From IMG/VR virus record IMGVR_UViG_3300018050_000401, positions 1,721 to 65,720 of that record: a DNA stretch of 64,000 nt; one strand, 5' to 3'. The notes under the pieces are model-generated. The model saw nothing but the letters and a program-made list of their open reading frames with translations. It made no database searches and was not told the origin of the DNA. A program made the position numbers and the translations under genes. Below are positions 8,510 to 32,315 of this stretch, in pieces; position 1 is the stretch's first letter, and every line of letters begins with the position of its first letter. The DNA is from a virus.

Positions 8510-11230
8510 TTACCAGCTAGATGTTGCTGATCTTCTCCAAGTGTTTGTAGCAACGCAGATATAAATGTATGCGGCATCAAATGCAATTTGTCCAGGTACA
8601 CCGTCTGCTCCTGCGGTTAATGGAGCAGTAACTACTTGGCAAGGAATGTTGTCAGCAATAGTACAACCGTTGTTTCCAATTACAAACCACTTTTCTTGTA
8701 TATATTGAAGAATACAAGAATCGCCAGTATTAGTCAGCGTTATGTTTGAAGAACCGCTAATAGCCCATCCGGCATTTGATACAGAAACAGTCATAGCACC
8801 TGATGCATTTTTCATCACTAATGTTTTGACTTGGCCTTCAACACCGTTGCCAAGTGTGCATGATTCTGCTCCAGATGTGTTAAAATAACTAACCGATGTT
8901 CCTAAGTCTATATTTGTAGATGGTGCTACATCTTCGCTACCGTTAAACGACAAGCGAGCCATGGTCCAGTTTGCTCCATCGCTTACTAATGTTAGCGAAC
9001 CATAGTCTCCGTTTATGAAAACATTTCCAGTTGCTCCGTTGATTTGTACAGAAGCACTACCAGGATCAATCTCGATGCCATTTGTTCCAGCACTGCCGCC
9101 GTCAAATATGTTAATTATAGTTCCTGCGGTAGGTGCAACAGGCAATGTAATTGTAAGTGCATTAGCTGAGGTATCAGCTAAAATAGTCTGACTACCAATA
9201 ACAGTATAATCTGTTACAATTTTTACAGGACCATTTGCAACAGCTATTGGAAATTCGGCACCAATTTTGTTTGTATTTGTGTATCCTGAAACGTTTCTTA
9301 ATGGGGATACAGTTAATAATGTTCCGTTAGGAGTTCCAACAGTGGTATTGGCTGGTGAGCCTCCAGGTGATAAAAGTAACTGGAATGAAACACCTGTGCC
9401 GCCGTCGGCAATGTAATATGTTGTTCCTGCAGAATTGTAGCCATACGGAGCAGTTGTTCCACTCCATGTTCCACTAATTCTAATTGGTTTATTTGTTGTT
9501 AGTGTTACGCTTGAACTAACAGTGAATTGTCCCGCGGTTCCAGTGATGCTAAGGTCGCTAAGATTTCCTATACTCGAATCAACTTCAAGCTCTGGATTCC
9601 CCATATCGGCGTATACATACAAAGGACTTGGTGTATCTTCAGTTATTAAGATTTCAGTGTATGCATCTGCATATCCTGCTTCGCCGCTTATTGTTACGTT
9701 ACCTGAATATGGTAAAATTGTCCTTACACCTGGGTTGTTGTCAGGATTAACAACTGTATCTGGGCGTGTTGAGAATCTCAAATCGTATCCAATATTAGAA
9801 CTGTCAGTTTGCAAAAATCTATATTTCTTACCAACTTTGAAAGATTTAAGATTACTCAATTGAACACCGGTATCTGTTGCTAGTGGAACATCATCAATGT
9901 AAAAGACACCTTGTCCCCCTAATCCAGGCCCGCTATTACTATCAACGGTAACTGCGTAAGTTACGAGATCTACGTTATTAGACCAAGTATCTAATTCAGA
10001 GTCGTATTTTAGTACATCTCCATTTCTTGGATCTGCAATATCAACGTTGGTAATATTGCCGATGTCTGCAATAGTAATTGACGATGTAGTTAACGTTGTA
10101 TTTCCGTTGACTAGCAAGTCGCCATCTATAACAATGCTTCCACCTACATTAAGATTCTTAACAATTCCTGCACCGCCTTTAACTTGTAATGCGCCAGTAG
10201 TAGTGTCAGTAGAATCTGTTAATTCATCAATACTAAGAGTTCCTACATTTAAATTAGTATAGTTAGTGTTTGTACTGTCTAAGTTACTAATGTAATTGAC
10301 AAATACTCGTTTAGTTGTTGAACCAGTTGCACACCATGCTTCAATTACTTGTTCTGATCCGTTAGGATTTAATAACAAAGGTAAATCAAAATCTGATCCT
10401 GGAACAATAATTCCAGTACCCTCGGTGCTTAAAATTACTTCTTTCCAAGGTTGTACCTTGCCAGTTCCAGAACCCTTGTTGGTAGCTACAAAAACAATAC
10501 CCGATGTTAAACCGCTAATTGTAGTTGATGCCGAAGATTGCACAATATCAACGGTATAAGTGCCAGTTCCACCCGTGCCTGTAAGCGAAGGATTTTCGTT
10601 ATTTGTAGCAATAATCTTAGTTCCAGCTGTGATGCCAGTGCCAACTAAGAAGGTATTTAATGTAATAGTACCAGATGTTTTTGAACTAACAGTTAGGGTA
10701 TTACCAGATATTGACCCAACAAAAATTGTAGTTGCTTGGGCACCCATGCTAATAAAGTTTGTATTATTAACTTCGTTAATGGTATAACGTTTACCAGTTA
10801 CTACATCGTTTCCAACATTTATTACAGACCCATTATTTTTAAAGTGTGCCCTAACAGTAGCATGGACACCGGTATCAGGCCAGTTTGTAAACGTAAATGT
10901 TGAACTGCTTGTTAAGGTAAAAGACTGCATTGATCCTTTTGAAACATCAATATTAGCAGTTCCTGATACAGACTGTGTATAAGAAGTTCCGTGAAAGTTA
11001 GTATAACTTCCGTTGGAAATATTAGATCCGCCCAGATCGTTGTTTAACACTTCTCCATCAAGGGCAGATTTAAGAAGAACTTTATTCTGTAAATCTTCTA
11101 TTTCAGATTTTGCATAAGCAAAGTTGTTCTTTATAGATGAAAAATTATCACGAAATCCTTGACTATCGTTGTCTTTGCCCGCAACAGGATATGTACTGTC
11201 GATGCTGGTGTTATCTATTTGGCTACTCAT
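8510..11230 (-). CDS. Tail fibre/structural protein (906 aa) with shared N-terminal anchor motif
   Basis: T/S/G/N-rich beta-type repeats. N-terminus ([20 protein letters not shown]) resembles the motif shared with ORFs at 14090, 14703 and 16010. A late-promoter-like GATAAATA lies upstream. Confidence 0.7.
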   Translation of the reverse strand: MSSQIDNTSIDSTYPVAGKDNDSQGFRDNFSSIKNNFAYAKSEIEDLQNKVLLKSALDGEVLNNDLGGSNISNGSYTNFHGTSYTQSVSGTANIDVSKGSMQSFTLTSSSTFTFTNWPDTGVHATVRAHFKNNGSVINVGNDVVTGKRYTINEVNNTNFISMGAQATTIFVGSISGNTLTVSSKTSGTITLNTFLVGTGITAGTKIIATNNENPSLTGTGGTGTYTVDIVQSSASTTISGLTSGIVFVATNKGSGTGKVQPWKEVILSTEGTGIIVPGSDFDLPLLLNPNGSEQVIEAWCATGSTTKRVFVNYISNLDSTNTNYTNLNVGTLSIDELTDSTDTTTGALQVKGGAGIVKNLNVGGSIVIDGDLLVNGNTTLTTSSITIADIGNITNVDIADPRNGDVLKYDSELDTWSNNVDLVTYAVTVDSNSGPGLGGQGVFYIDDVPLATDTGVQLSNLKSFKVGKKYRFLQTDSSNIGYDLRFSTRPDTVVNPDNNPGVRTILPYSGNVTISGEAGYADAYTEILITEDTPSPLYVYADMGNPELEVDSSIGNLSDLSITGTAGQFTVSSSVTLTTNKPIRISGTWSGTTAPYGYNSAGTTYYIADGGTGVSFQLLLSPGGSPANTTVGTPNGTLLTVSPLRNVSGYTNTNKIGAEFPIAVANGPVKIVTDYTVIGSQTILADTSANALTITLPVAPTAGTIINIFDGGSAGTNGIEIDPGSASVQINGATGNVFINGDYGSLTLVSDGANWTMARLSFNGSEDVAPSTNIDLGTSVSYFNTSGAESCTLGNGVEGQVKTLVMKNASGAMTVSVSNAGWAISGSSNITLTNTGDSCILQYIQEKWFVIGNNGCTIADNIPCQVVTAPLTAGADGVPGQIAFDAAYIYICVATNTWRRSATSSW

Positions 11231-14088
11231 ATGGTTATCCTATCATTTCTGAATACTAGATATTTATCTGCGGTTGTTCCCTCGACCGAATCAATTATGT
11301 ATCGATCTACCGTATAATCTAGTTGATTAAAGCTAAAACCGGTTGTTTTAATGTAATTTTTAATATTAAGGATGATATCATCCGCTGATCCAACTTTGCA
11401 GTAACATAGGGTAACTGCAAGTTTGAAGTCAATTTCTTGATTAGATCCTGGTTGAATGCTGCGCATCCATAACGGTAAGTAGTTTCTTTCTACAGCAAAG
11501 CTGTCGTTTCCGTCGGACCATGTGCTAAATCTTTCTCTCCAAAGACTAACGCTATTGGGAAAATACTTACCTAAGTTTGGATTTGAAATTTGATAGCCTT
11601 GGCTATCTACAGTAATACGATTTTCTGGACGTTGGCTATAGGGCTCATCCTTGATTAAATCGCTTAGGTTCCTACTCCATATAGAATTGCTAGAATCTAC
11701 GGTCACACCGTTGGGATTTTTTCCAAGATTTTTTAATTCGGCCGGTAAATGTTTTCCGTTAAGTTCTAATGGGTCTAGCATTTCTACATATACAACTTCG
11801 TACAACGCAGTTTTTGTTCCTGGAATGTATGCTATAGCTTTTGATACATTCCCAAAATGAAACCTCTTCTTTTTATGGTTTAAACCCATGGCACTTATAT
11901 ACGCTGATGCTTCTTTGGTTTCTAATCCTGCGAAGACTATCATAGATAAGTTAGTTTGAATACCAAAATTAGGGTCGTTTGATCTGTATATGCTGCTAGG
12001 AGTAAACACGGCAGCATCGTTGATAAATTCTTTCCATGTTGTTCGTTGTGCTGTTGTCAAGAAAGGCTGTACTCTAATGTTACTAAAAATCTTCTGATTA
12101 GGAGTTTCAACAGTTATTGAAAATGTTTTAGTTATTGAACTATAACCGTATTTGTCCTGTGCCTTAACTGTAAAGGTAAACACCCTATCTGCACTAGTTG
12201 TATCACCGTCAAACGTAGTAGGGCCTTGTATAAAATCAAAAGTTGTTAAGCCTGGTATTAAAATGTTGCCAGATAAATCTACAGTTGCGTATTGATTTAC
12301 CTTACCAACTATTTCTCCGTTCAAATCTAATGTTAATCCTGGTGGAAGTTGTCCGCTAGTTAAAGTATATAAAATTGTATTATTTTCTATATTTGAAATA
12401 GCGTTAACAGATAGAGTGGAAATAAAATTTGCATTAATGGATCCAAGGTCGTTATTGGTGTTCCATGTAAGTACGCTGTCAATTTCTCCTAATAAATCTA
12501 CTGTGAATATTTTATATGTAGTGGCTAACTCACCGTTATCACCAATTTTAGATGCTGCTACTGTAAAATTGTATGTTTTAGTAACTTCTGGTTGATACGG
12601 AACCAACCCATGTACTTCTGAATTATTTTCGTCAAACTGCATTCCTAACGGAAGTTCACTTAATGTTCCAATTAAAAACTCAATACCGTCAGGTATAGAA
12701 GCATCTAATGTATCGCTTATGGTTAACCTGTACTCGTTATTACCCAATGAGGCTACGTTAGTTACTTGGAATATTTCAGATGATCCGGATACTTTTCCTT
12801 GAAACGTTAAAAAATGTCCTACTAGCGGAGCCGTTGCAGTTAACGTAGTTGTTATTTTTGTACCATTTAAGCTATTATCCGTACTTGATATTTTACGTGT
12901 TGTTGCTTTTGTGTTTGCATTAATTGGTTCTAAATTATAAATTATATTTTCTTTTTCGTAAGTATCTAGTATTAAAGTTATATAATTGTTAGCTCTATAA
13001 AGACCTAGATAGCTAGGAGTTAACCATGCAGGTGGTCTTAAGTAAGTCACGTCTGTTGTAAACAACGGATCTCCGGTTAAAAGAGTTGTGTTGTCTGCTC
13101 TAAAGTAGTCGTCACCTACTACAAATATCTTAAATTTTCTTTTGTTAAAACTATCGCCGTCGGTTACGGTTACATAAAACTCGTAAGTTCTGTTAAGTTT
13201 TTTTGGTTTTGAAGACTGCAACGAGAAGTCAAAGAATATACTGTCGTAGACATAACTGTCATAACCGTTAGTTGGGATAAATGCGAAGTCGTATGCCACA
13301 GCATCGTAGTAGCTGTTGTCAAATGTACCGTCACCGTCAGTTGGTTTAATTGCTAAAATTGGTTGTACAAATCCGACAATTCTACCGTCATCTGTTAACA
13401 CTAACCCCGGAGGCAAGCGACCATCGTCTTTGGCAATAAAATAACTTAATTTTTGTCCAGTAGTTGTATCGTTGTCAATTGCTTCAATTTGAAAATCCAC
13501 ATAACTACTATCGGGTATAAAAAACTCGTTGTCATCCCCAAGTGAAAGTAGTCCTTCGTTTGTTATAAATTCTGGCTTGTCTTCGCCCTCAACAGAAATA
13601 AAGAATGTTCTATCTGAGATTTCACCATTTTTACTTGCTCTTATACAAAACTGAAAATGTGTAAGTCTTGGAACTTCAAACGCAGAACCAATAATACTAG
13701 TCCCCTCTAATCGAAGCCCAGGCGGCAATGATCCGGATATAACTGCAAAAGTTACACCGGTAGAATTTTGCACAGGTAACGGAATAGACAAATTAACTCT
13801 TTCACTAAATGCAAGCCTTGATGCTGTACCTGATCCTGGACCAACAAATGATAACCCGGTGCTGAGATCAATCTGCGTTGGTCCAGCACCAGCTCCTGAA
13901 TTAGTGGCTGTAAAAATAGTACCAACAACATTTTGTTCAGAACCTATCTTTTTAAAATCTGTTGTGCCAACAGTTTGTATTACGTATTGATACCCTAGGA
14001 TAAAATTACCTGAGTTTACAGAAATGTTGGTCCCTGGCTCTTGGCCAAAATTCCAACCAGTTGGTCTAGTCCAAACATTGAGGGCCAT
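11227..14088 (-). CDS. Virion structural protein (953 aa), baseplate/fibre-associated candidate
   Basis: Large beta-rich ORF embedded in the fibre gene block. Start overlaps the upstream stop. Confidence 0.6.
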   Translation of the reverse strand: MALNVWTRPTGWNFGQEPGTNISVNSGNFILGYQYVIQTVGTTDFKKIGSEQNVVGTIFTATNSGAGAGPTQIDLSTGLSFVGPGSGTASRLAFSERVNLSIPLPVQNSTGVTFAVISGSLPPGLRLEGTSIIGSAFEVPRLTHFQFCIRASKNGEISDRTFFISVEGEDKPEFITNEGLLSLGDDNEFFIPDSSYVDFQIEAIDNDTTTGQKLSYFIAKDDGRLPPGLVLTDDGRIVGFVQPILAIKPTDGDGTFDNSYYDAVAYDFAFIPTNGYDSYVYDSIFFDFSLQSSKPKKLNRTYEFYVTVTDGDSFNKRKFKIFVVGDDYFRADNTTLLTGDPLFTTDVTYLRPPAWLTPSYLGLYRANNYITLILDTYEKENIIYNLEPINANTKATTRKISSTDNSLNGTKITTTLTATAPLVGHFLTFQGKVSGSSEIFQVTNVASLGNNEYRLTISDTLDASIPDGIEFLIGTLSELPLGMQFDENNSEVHGLVPYQPEVTKTYNFTVAASKIGDNGELATTYKIFTVDLLGEIDSVLTWNTNNDLGSINANFISTLSVNAISNIENNTILYTLTSGQLPPGLTLDLNGEIVGKVNQYATVDLSGNILIPGLTTFDFIQGPTTFDGDTTSADRVFTFTVKAQDKYGYSSITKTFSITVETPNQKIFSNIRVQPFLTTAQRTTWKEFINDAAVFTPSSIYRSNDPNFGIQTNLSMIVFAGLETKEASAYISAMGLNHKKKRFHFGNVSKAIAYIPGTKTALYEVVYVEMLDPLELNGKHLPAELKNLGKNPNGVTVDSSNSIWSRNLSDLIKDEPYSQRPENRITVDSQGYQISNPNLGKYFPNSVSLWRERFSTWSDGNDSFAVERNYLPLWMRSIQPGSNQEIDFKLAVTLCYCKVGSADDIILNIKNYIKTTGFSFNQLDYTVDRYIIDSVEGTTADKYLVFRNDRITI
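11261..11268 (-). promoter_or_regulatory. T4-type late promoter-like motif (GATAAATA) upstream of the 906-aa fibre gene
   Basis: Minus-strand GATAAATA about 31 nt upstream of the ATG. T4-like late promoters are TATAAATA/NATAAATA. Confidence 0.35.
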
Positions 14089-14089
14089 A

Positions 14090-14680
14090 TTATACTATAG
14101 ATCCAAAATTTAAATTTATTCCTGACGGGTCAGAAACAGAAAAACCAAGCCAGTTAGGATAATTACCATTTAAGTCAACGACATTGGCCGGAGCATCCGG
14201 TGTTCCAGTCGTACCATCGATAATTGATCCAAAGTCTAATGTTACAGTTCCAGCTTGAATAAACATCTCCATCAAGCTGTTTAGATTACGAACATCAATA
14301 CCCCAAACTGTTGTACGAACATCACCGTAGCCTTCGCTACCTGTAGTAATGTTATTTCCGTTTAATTCTAAGTCTGCGGCTAAAGACGGTGACGGATCGT
14401 TTTCAAGTAAAGATAGTCCTTTTAAGTTTACTGTGTTGTCGGTGCTGGTAATTTCAATGCTATTATCAGTACTTGTTAACGTTTTAAACTCTAATGTTAG
14501 ATTAGCGTTATCTCTTTGTTTAAAAACAGCAACACCGGATCCTAAGTTTTCTCCGTTGATAATACCTAAAGTACCACCTACTAGTTCAAAGTTCTCGTTT
14601 ACTTTTTTAAATGCAGTACGTAAATCGTCACCGGTTCCGTCGTTCGCATAGTTACCTAGATTAATTGTTTGTATTGGCAT
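14090..14680 (-). CDS. Short fibre-like protein (196 aa) carrying the conserved N-terminal anchor motif
   Basis: N-terminus MPIQTINLGNYANDGTGDDLRTAFKKVNENFELV matches the motif at the N-termini of the 435-aa and 4175-aa proteins. Confidence 0.65.
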   Translation of the reverse strand: MPIQTINLGNYANDGTGDDLRTAFKKVNENFELVGGTLGIINGENLGSGVAVFKQRDNANLTLEFKTLTSTDNSIEITSTDNTVNLKGLSLLENDPSPSLAADLELNGNNITTGSEGYGDVRTTVWGIDVRNLNSLMEMFIQAGTVTLDFGSIIDGTTGTPDAPANVVDLNGNYPNWLGFSVSDPSGINLNFGSIV

Positions 14681-14702
14681 AATTTACGCTCTCTTTTAAT
14701 AT

Positions 14703-16009
14703 TTACCATGTGTCGTTAGACCATGCTACTCGTTTCCAAATATCTGGTTGTGTACCGCCAGGTTCTGTAAATGTTATCGATCCAGTAGGCGGTAGTGTTA
14801 TAAATCCGCTTACTACTACATACAAATTGTCAGCATCGCCGGTGATTTCTTCAACAGTTACCGTAGTTGAATTTACAGTCAACGTCCAACTAACTTGTAA
14901 GTTTGCCCAGTTAGTATTAGGAGGTGCACCTTTTGCTATAGTAATAGTGTTTACACTTTGACCAAGTTCATTTGGAACTAATACTACTGTTGCGCCGCCG
15001 CCTCCTGCTGGTACATAATCTGCTGTACAGTAGTAAATGTATGAGCCATCAAATGCTACTAGTCCGGCAACGTCATTAAGCGCACCTGTACTGTGTGTAG
15101 GTACAGCTGAATTTACTCTTATCTTACCAGACTGAATATCTAAAGTATTGCCTGCGTGACCCATTAGTATTGGTCCTGAGTCTCCAGATCCTTCACCAGA
15201 TTGATTAGCACCAATGTCAATTTGACCACCGTTAGTGCTGTCAATAATCACATAGTTTTCTGCTGTGATTTCTAAGTTTCCTGATGCTTTAGTAATGTTA
15301 CCAGGAACAGATAGATCACCCGTTCTATTGAAAGTCCAATCGTGCGTACTAGCATTGTCTCCAGTGCTTCGTAATATCACAGATCCGCCATCTGTTCCTA
15401 CTAATATGTCTCTTATAGAAGCACTATTTGCACCGGGTCTTGCCCAAATCCAAGCACGATTTATAGTCTGATCAACAGCATCATTAACACTTTGTATAGT
15501 TAGTACATCTGAGCTTGATGGATTTTTTAAAAATATTCTTGTTGGAGAATGGGTATTATCACCCGATGTTGGGGTAATAGTAAAATCATTGCCTGCAATT
15601 TCAAAATCTCTTTCAACAGTTATCGACCCAACAGTAGATGCACCAATTGTTCTGCCACTGAATGTAATATCACCTGTACTATTAATAGTAGGAGCATTTG
15701 TTAAATCGTTATAATCACCACTAAACAACGTAGGGAGATTTGTTAAATCGTTATAATCACCACTAAACAACGTGGGAAGATTTGCCAAGTCATTGTAATC
15801 TCCGCTAAAACTTTCAGACCAACTGAGCGTAGTACCGTTAGTAGTAAGGTACTTTCCACCGTTGTTGGTTTGACTTGGTATCTGTACATCTGTACCCACA
15901 TGAGCATACAATTCAACAAAGTTTTGATTAACTTTGTCAAATGCCGTACGCAACGGATCACCAGTTTTGTCGTTAGCTGTAGTGCCAATATTAATGTTTA
16001 GTCTAGCCA

Positions 16010-16010
<1 letters not shown>
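14703..16010 (-). CDS. Fibre-like protein (435 aa) with N-terminal anchor motif and internal 14-aa tandem repeats
   Basis: N-terminus MARLNINIGTTANDKTGDPLRTAFDKVNQNFVEL. Repeats LFSGDYNDLTNLPT x3 are encoded by 42-nt tandem DNA repeats. Confidence 0.65.
15697..15822. repeat. 3 x 42-nt tandem direct repeat inside the 435-aa fibre gene
   Basis: Unit atttgttaaatcgttataatcaccactaaacaacgt(a/g)gg(g/a)ag repeated at 15697, 15739 and 15781, the third copy diverged. In frame, encoding the 14-aa peptide repeat. Confidence 0.8.
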
Positions 16011-28543
<12,533 letters not shown>

Positions 28544-28882
28544 TTAAACTCCGAAACTTGACCCGCATCCGCAAGTTGTAACTGCGTTGGGGTTTTTTAT
28601 TGTAAACTGAGAGCCCATTAGCTCTTCTTTATAGTCTATTTCTGCACCTTGTAAGTACTGCATACTCATGCTATCTACAAGGACTTTAAATTCATCCAGC
28701 GGTATTTCAAAGTCATCTTCATTGATTTCTTCATCAAATGTGAACCCATAACTAAAACCACTGCATCCGCCACCTTGGACAAAAGTGCGTAAAGATAACT
28801 TAGGATTACCTTCTTCGTATAGCAAATCCTTGATTTTTTCTTTTGCTGATTGAGAAATTGTTATCATATCAATATTTAGCAA
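28544..28882 (-). CDS. iscA: Fe-S cluster insertion/assembly protein, HesB/IscA/ErpA family
   Basis: 112 aa. Conserved Cys triad with C-terminal CGCGSSF motif ([16 protein letters not shown]) and the internal Cys in QGGGCSGF. Confidence 0.8.
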   Translation of the reverse strand: MLNIDMITISQSAKEKIKDLLYEEGNPKLSLRTFVQGGGCSGFSYGFTFDEEINEDDFEIPLDEFKVLVDSMSMQYLQGAEIDYKEELMGSQFTIKNPNAVTTCGCGSSFGV

Positions 28883-28914
28883 AACGTTTTTATAATCTTA
28901 ATGTAAATACAATC

Positions 28915-29226
28915 ATGTACTTAGGCCAAGAATACGCACAAACCAGTCACTATCGCAAGAGCAAATACGGCACAATGCATGCCTATATGCGTAAAAAAAC
29001 AGTCTTAATCTTTCAATGCGACTGTTGTAGCGGTATTTTTAAAAGAGATAGAGGTAACATGGATCCTAACAGATTAAACAATAATGTTTACCATGTTTGC
29101 GGCGACTGCGATGCCAAGAAGTTTGCACAAAGCAAGGGTGTTGAAGCCCGTAAGGTATGGGATATGCCGGTTAGTAGTCTTAAGACGATAAGCCAACTCG
29201 ACCCGAAATCACATTCCAATCAATAA
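28915..29226 (+). CDS. Small Cys-rich putative zinc-ribbon protein (about 103 aa from the internal Met)
   Basis: CDCCSG...HVCGDCDAKKF Cys pairs. The 28843 start would overlap the HesB gene, so the internal ATG at 28915, downstream of a TATAAT-like box, is preferred. Convergent overlap with the SOD gene's 3' end. Confidence 0.35.
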   Translation: MYLGQEYAQTSHYRKSKYGTMHAYMRKKTVLIFQCDCCSGIFKRDRGNMDPNRLNNNVYHVCGDCDAKKFAQSKGVEARKVWDMPVSSLKTISQLDPKSHSNQ

Positions 29227-29734
29227 TTTTCCACTGATTTTCCAAGTACTTTTTCTTATCAGCTTGGTAATCTAATGCCCATGCATGTTCCCACCAATCT
29301 ATTAGTAATACTATGTCTTGTTTAATTTGATGGTTAGCAATAGTTTTAATTTCGCCCTTATCTGACAAGTAAACCCATCCGCTTCCTTGGATTTTCATAG
29401 CAGCTTTTTCAAATTCGCTCTTAAATTTTTCAAAGGTTTTATAGTGCTTTGTTATAAATTCTCCTGCAACTCCATTAGGTGTATTTGAGTTTGTAGGTTT
29501 ACGAAACTGTGTAAAATAGATTTCATGCAAGAATGCGCCTGCTTCGTTAAAAGTTGGATCACCCTCGCCCTCATTATATCTATCAACATAAGTTTTGTAA
29601 AGTTTACCGTAGTGGTAATCTATAGCTGCTCGACTTAGGCTTTTACCCAGCCCGTTGCGTGGATAAGGTAACGGTGCTTGGGACAAAGTCTTTTTCTTAT
29701 TTTCGTTAATGCAGTATTTGATAAAGTTATACAT
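29180..29734 (-). CDS. Fe/Mn superoxide dismutase
   Basis: Aligns end to end with FeSOD: LPYPRNGL, YHYGK, FNEAGAFLHEIYF, GSGWVYL, DWWEHAWALDYQ...W. All four metal ligands (His, His, Asp, His) are conserved. Second-sphere HH is replaced by LY. Confidence 0.8.
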   Translation of the reverse strand: MYNFIKYCINENKKKTLSQAPLPYPRNGLGKSLSRAAIDYHYGKLYKTYVDRYNEGEGDPTFNEAGAFLHEIYFTQFRKPTNSNTPNGVAGEFITKHYKTFEKFKSEFEKAAMKIQGSGWVYLSDKGEIKTIANHQIKQDIVLLIDWWEHAWALDYQADKKKYLENQWKIIDWNVISGRVGLSS

Positions 29735-29852
29735 ATAAATATTCTGTCAAGTGGTCAACTGGGCTTCCGAGGATCCTGAAATCACTGCTTTCCCAGTTTT
29801 CAAGTGATACAGTCAATGTGACTAACGGCAAATCGGCGCTTGGCATATTTAT

Positions 29853-30776
29853 TTAAAATTTAAGGTCAACATAGTTGCTACGGTAATCATCAAAGTTCGG
29901 CCTTAAATTGTACTCTTGAAACTTTTTACATAGTCGGCTGTACTGACTATTAGTCATATTTCCCCAAGCTCTATGATTAATACTGGCCCAGAAGTGTGAT
30001 TTGTGCATGCCTAAAAAGTTGTAAAAGGCCAGAAACTCTTCTTCAGAGTAGCAATCGCGAAGATAAGGGTTGGCCCAATCTTCGATTTCAGGAACAAAAT
30101 AGTGATGGCTCCAGAAACCATCTTGTTTTTCTGCCCAGATATTGTAAAGAATAAACTCGCTTTTTACACTGGATGCATATCTAAACCAGTGTGCAAATTT
30201 TTCAACGCCACCTCTATCTCTAATCAAACTATCGCACAAGTGTTTACTAAGAAACAATGGAGTACAGACAGACATTAGATAATTTTTACCAGGTTCATTA
30301 GACAGACCCAGGCTTTTTGAGTATTGTTGCCAGATATGTTCCGGCATCACAAACGTTCCTTGCCTAGCAGGAATCTTTTCATTGATATATCCATACTGTG
30401 AAGGACTCCACGAACGTATTAATACGTTTTGTGTATCCAATATCATAAATTGTTTTTCTTCAATTTTGGTAGAAACTGCCAACTTTAAAACCTGTTGGGT
30501 TTCCCAACCAACTGCCCAAGGGTTATTTTGATTAGGCACCCAATCTTTCCAGTTATCGTTAAAGTCTTGTCGTGTAAAGATTGTTAATTTGTGCTTATCG
30601 TAGTAATGTCTATATTTAGAATCAAACTCTTTAAACCATAAAGATGCATCGTCTTCGTTGACGATAATATAAACAGGGCAATTTGTGTCTAAATATAAGT
30701 TTATAGACTGTGCCTGTAAATCTAGTAACGGCAAATCCCGTAAACAGGTAACTGTAATAATTGGTGTGTTTTTCAT
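29853..30776 (-). CDS. Hypothetical protein (307 aa), possibly nucleotide-sugar transferase-like
   Basis: Long ORF with good coding continuity, aromatic-rich. No firm motif. Glycosyltransferase-like assignment is only a guess. Confidence 0.45.
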   Translation of the reverse strand: MKNTPIITVTCLRDLPLLDLQAQSINLYLDTNCPVYIIVNEDDASLWFKEFDSKYRHYYDKHKLTIFTRQDFNDNWKDWVPNQNNPWAVGWETQQVLKLAVSTKIEEKQFMILDTQNVLIRSWSPSQYGYINEKIPARQGTFVMPEHIWQQYSKSLGLSNEPGKNYLMSVCTPLFLSKHLCDSLIRDRGGVEKFAHWFRYASSVKSEFILYNIWAEKQDGFWSHHYFVPEIEDWANPYLRDCYSEEEFLAFYNFLGMHKSHFWASINHRAWGNMTNSQYSRLCKKFQEYNLRPNFDDYRSNYVDLKF

Positions 30777-30830
30777 AATATTTTAATATAGTAACATATT
30801 TAAAACTAAATAATCAACAAGGAGATTATT

Positions 30831-31079
30831 ATGATCAATTTCTTCAAGAAATTATTTGGTGCAAAAACAGAACCAACTGTTGAAGCACCATACAAGGTTG
30901 AAGCACCTGCTCAGGAGTCTGCACCAGCAGCTGAGCCCGTAAAGGAGGTGACTACAGTAGCTTCAGATCCGGCCCCTGCTCCAAAAAAGCAAGGCGGGAA
31001 CAAAAGGCCCACTGCACCTAAGAAACAAGGTAACGCTAAACCTCGTAAGCCAAGGGCACCAAAACAACCCAAGGCATAA
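30831..31079 (+). CDS. Small basic Pro/Ala/Lys-rich protein (82 aa), histone H1/Hc1-like tail
   Basis: Strong RBS AAGGAG 8 nt upstream. C-terminus has APKKQGGNKRPTAPKKQGNAKPRKPRAPKQPKA repeats. Followed by a terminator. Confidence 0.5.
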   Translation: MINFFKKLFGAKTEPTVEAPYKVEAPAQESAPAAEPVKEVTTVASDPAPAPKKQGGNKRPTAPKKQGNAKPRKPRAPKQPKA

Positions 31080-31080
31080 T

Positions 31081-31107
31081 AAAAGGGCCCTTAGGGCCCT
31101 TTTTTTA
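31081..31107. terminator. Bidirectional rho-independent terminator
   Basis: GGGCCC-tta-GGGCCC hairpin flanked by A4 and T7, between convergent genes. Confidence 0.75.
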
Positions 31108-31299
31108 TCAATCAAATTTCTTTAACTTTGAACTTGTTTGCTCAATCTCGTCTTTGAGTTTGAGTTTTTTCTTTTTAAGTTCTTCGACTTTTAAATCATT
31201 GGCATGATGCTCATATAGTTCTTTAATCTGCTTATCAAGCTCATCGTGCCTTTCCCGCATTGTTTCGATATGATGTATTAGTTTTTCTCTTGTTATCAT
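31108..31299 (-). CDS. DUF465 (YdcH-like) family small protein (about 64 aa)
   Basis: HDELDKQIKELYEHHANDLKVEELKKKKLKLKDEI matches the DUF465 pattern. Start chosen at the internal Met to avoid overlap with the upstream gene. Confidence 0.5.
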   Translation of the reverse strand: MITREKLIHHIETMRERHDELDKQIKELYEHHANDLKVEELKKKKLKLKDEIEQTSSKLKKFD

Positions 31300-32315
31300 T
31301 CGATCCCCTTCCACTGTTTGTACAGTTCCATACTGGCGAGGTTCTTGCCTTTGCTTTCGCACATTATGTCGAACTGGTCTAGAAAACTTATTGCCCAATT
31401 ATTAACTTCCTTGTTCCAATAAAAATCAGAGTGTGCTCTGAGCTTTGCTTTTTTATATCCAGATTCTAACAGAGCTTTGTAATCTGGCAAAACACTTGTA
31501 CTGTGTCCGGTGAGAACGTCTTCGCGAGATATGCTGTAATGCATAGCAGGACGAACGCCACGCCAACTCGCTTGAACCTGTTTAACTCTTGGGTTTTGAC
31601 TATTGATATACTCTCCTTCTCGGACCCAATGATGGTGTATATCAAGAACAATAGGGAGAATATCAGAAAGAGTAAGGCAATCATCTAAGCCCCAGGCGTT
31701 CTCTTCGTTTTCGATGGTAATACAGTTTCTTGCTTCTGGCGATAGTCGTTTGTACGCACTTCGGACACCGGCTGGACCTTGTTTACCCGAGATGTGGACG
31801 TTGATTTTAAAGTCTTGAAATGACTTGCCGTAACCCATGTAGCGGGCCATATCTGCATGATATTCAAACTCCTCTATAGATCGTTGAACAATACCTTCGT
31901 TAACACTAGCAAGAACAACAAACTGGCCAGGATGCATAGAAAGACGGGTATTGCTTTTACGAGCACTATTGCCAATAAGGCTAAAATTGCGTTCAAGATA
32001 CTGAACAACATCAGGCTTGCGCCAAAAATAACTCCAACTAGGCTCGGTATAAGCAGGAAGAATGTCGCTACTAAGGCGAACCATCCTAAGGTCTTCATCT
32101 TGTTCTCCTACACGATCTACAAGTTTTTTAGTAGCCGTTAAGTTTTGGACCATTAAGTCCCAGAGCTTTTGTTCTGCAACGTCCTTGCTCTGTCTATTTA
32201 ACCAACTTATGGTAGTTGTGCCTGTGTTGTATTGTTTAGCATCATCCGTGGACTTAATGCCATCAGTTTGGTGAGGATGATCAATCCATTTACATGCGAA
32301 GCCTATTTTGCCCAT
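31296..32315 (-). CDS. uvdE: UV damage endonuclease (UvdE/Uve1 family)
   Basis: RLSMHPGQFVVLAS, ITIENEENAWG, LDIHHHW and N-terminal IGFACKW motifs characteristic of UVDE (TIM-barrel). Confidence 0.8.
   Translation of the reverse strand: MGKIGFACKWIDHPHQTDGIKSTDDAKQYNTGTTTISWLNRQSKDVAEQKLWDLMVQNLTATKKLVDRVGEQDEDLRMVRLSSDILPAYTEPSWSYFWRKPDVVQYLERNFSLIGNSARKSNTRLSMHPGQFVVLASVNEGIVQRSIEEFEYHADMARYMGYGKSFQDFKINVHISGKQGPAGVRSAYKRLSPEARNCITIENEENAWGLDDCLTLSDILPIVLDIHHHWVREGEYINSQNPRVKQVQASWRGVRPAMHYSISREDVLTGHSTSVLPDYKALLESGYKKAKLRAHSDFYWNKEVNNWAISFLDQFDIMCESKGKNLASMELYKQWKGIE

Noticed and set aside
29180-29734. Initial impression that the SOD homolog had lost a metal-ligand His (HYGKLY instead of HYGKHH)
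   Set aside because: Register check against FeSOD shows that the ligand His (first H of YHYGK), the NH.F His, and the D and H of DWWEH are all present. Only the second-sphere HH is substituted. So it is not called a pseudo-enzyme.
31108-31398. 96-aa version of the DUF465-like ORF, and 147-aa version of ORF 39646..40089
   Set aside because: The N-terminal extensions overlap the upstream genes (UvdE, DNA ligase) by 100-210 nt in another frame. Internal Met starts that abut the upstream stop are more plausible.
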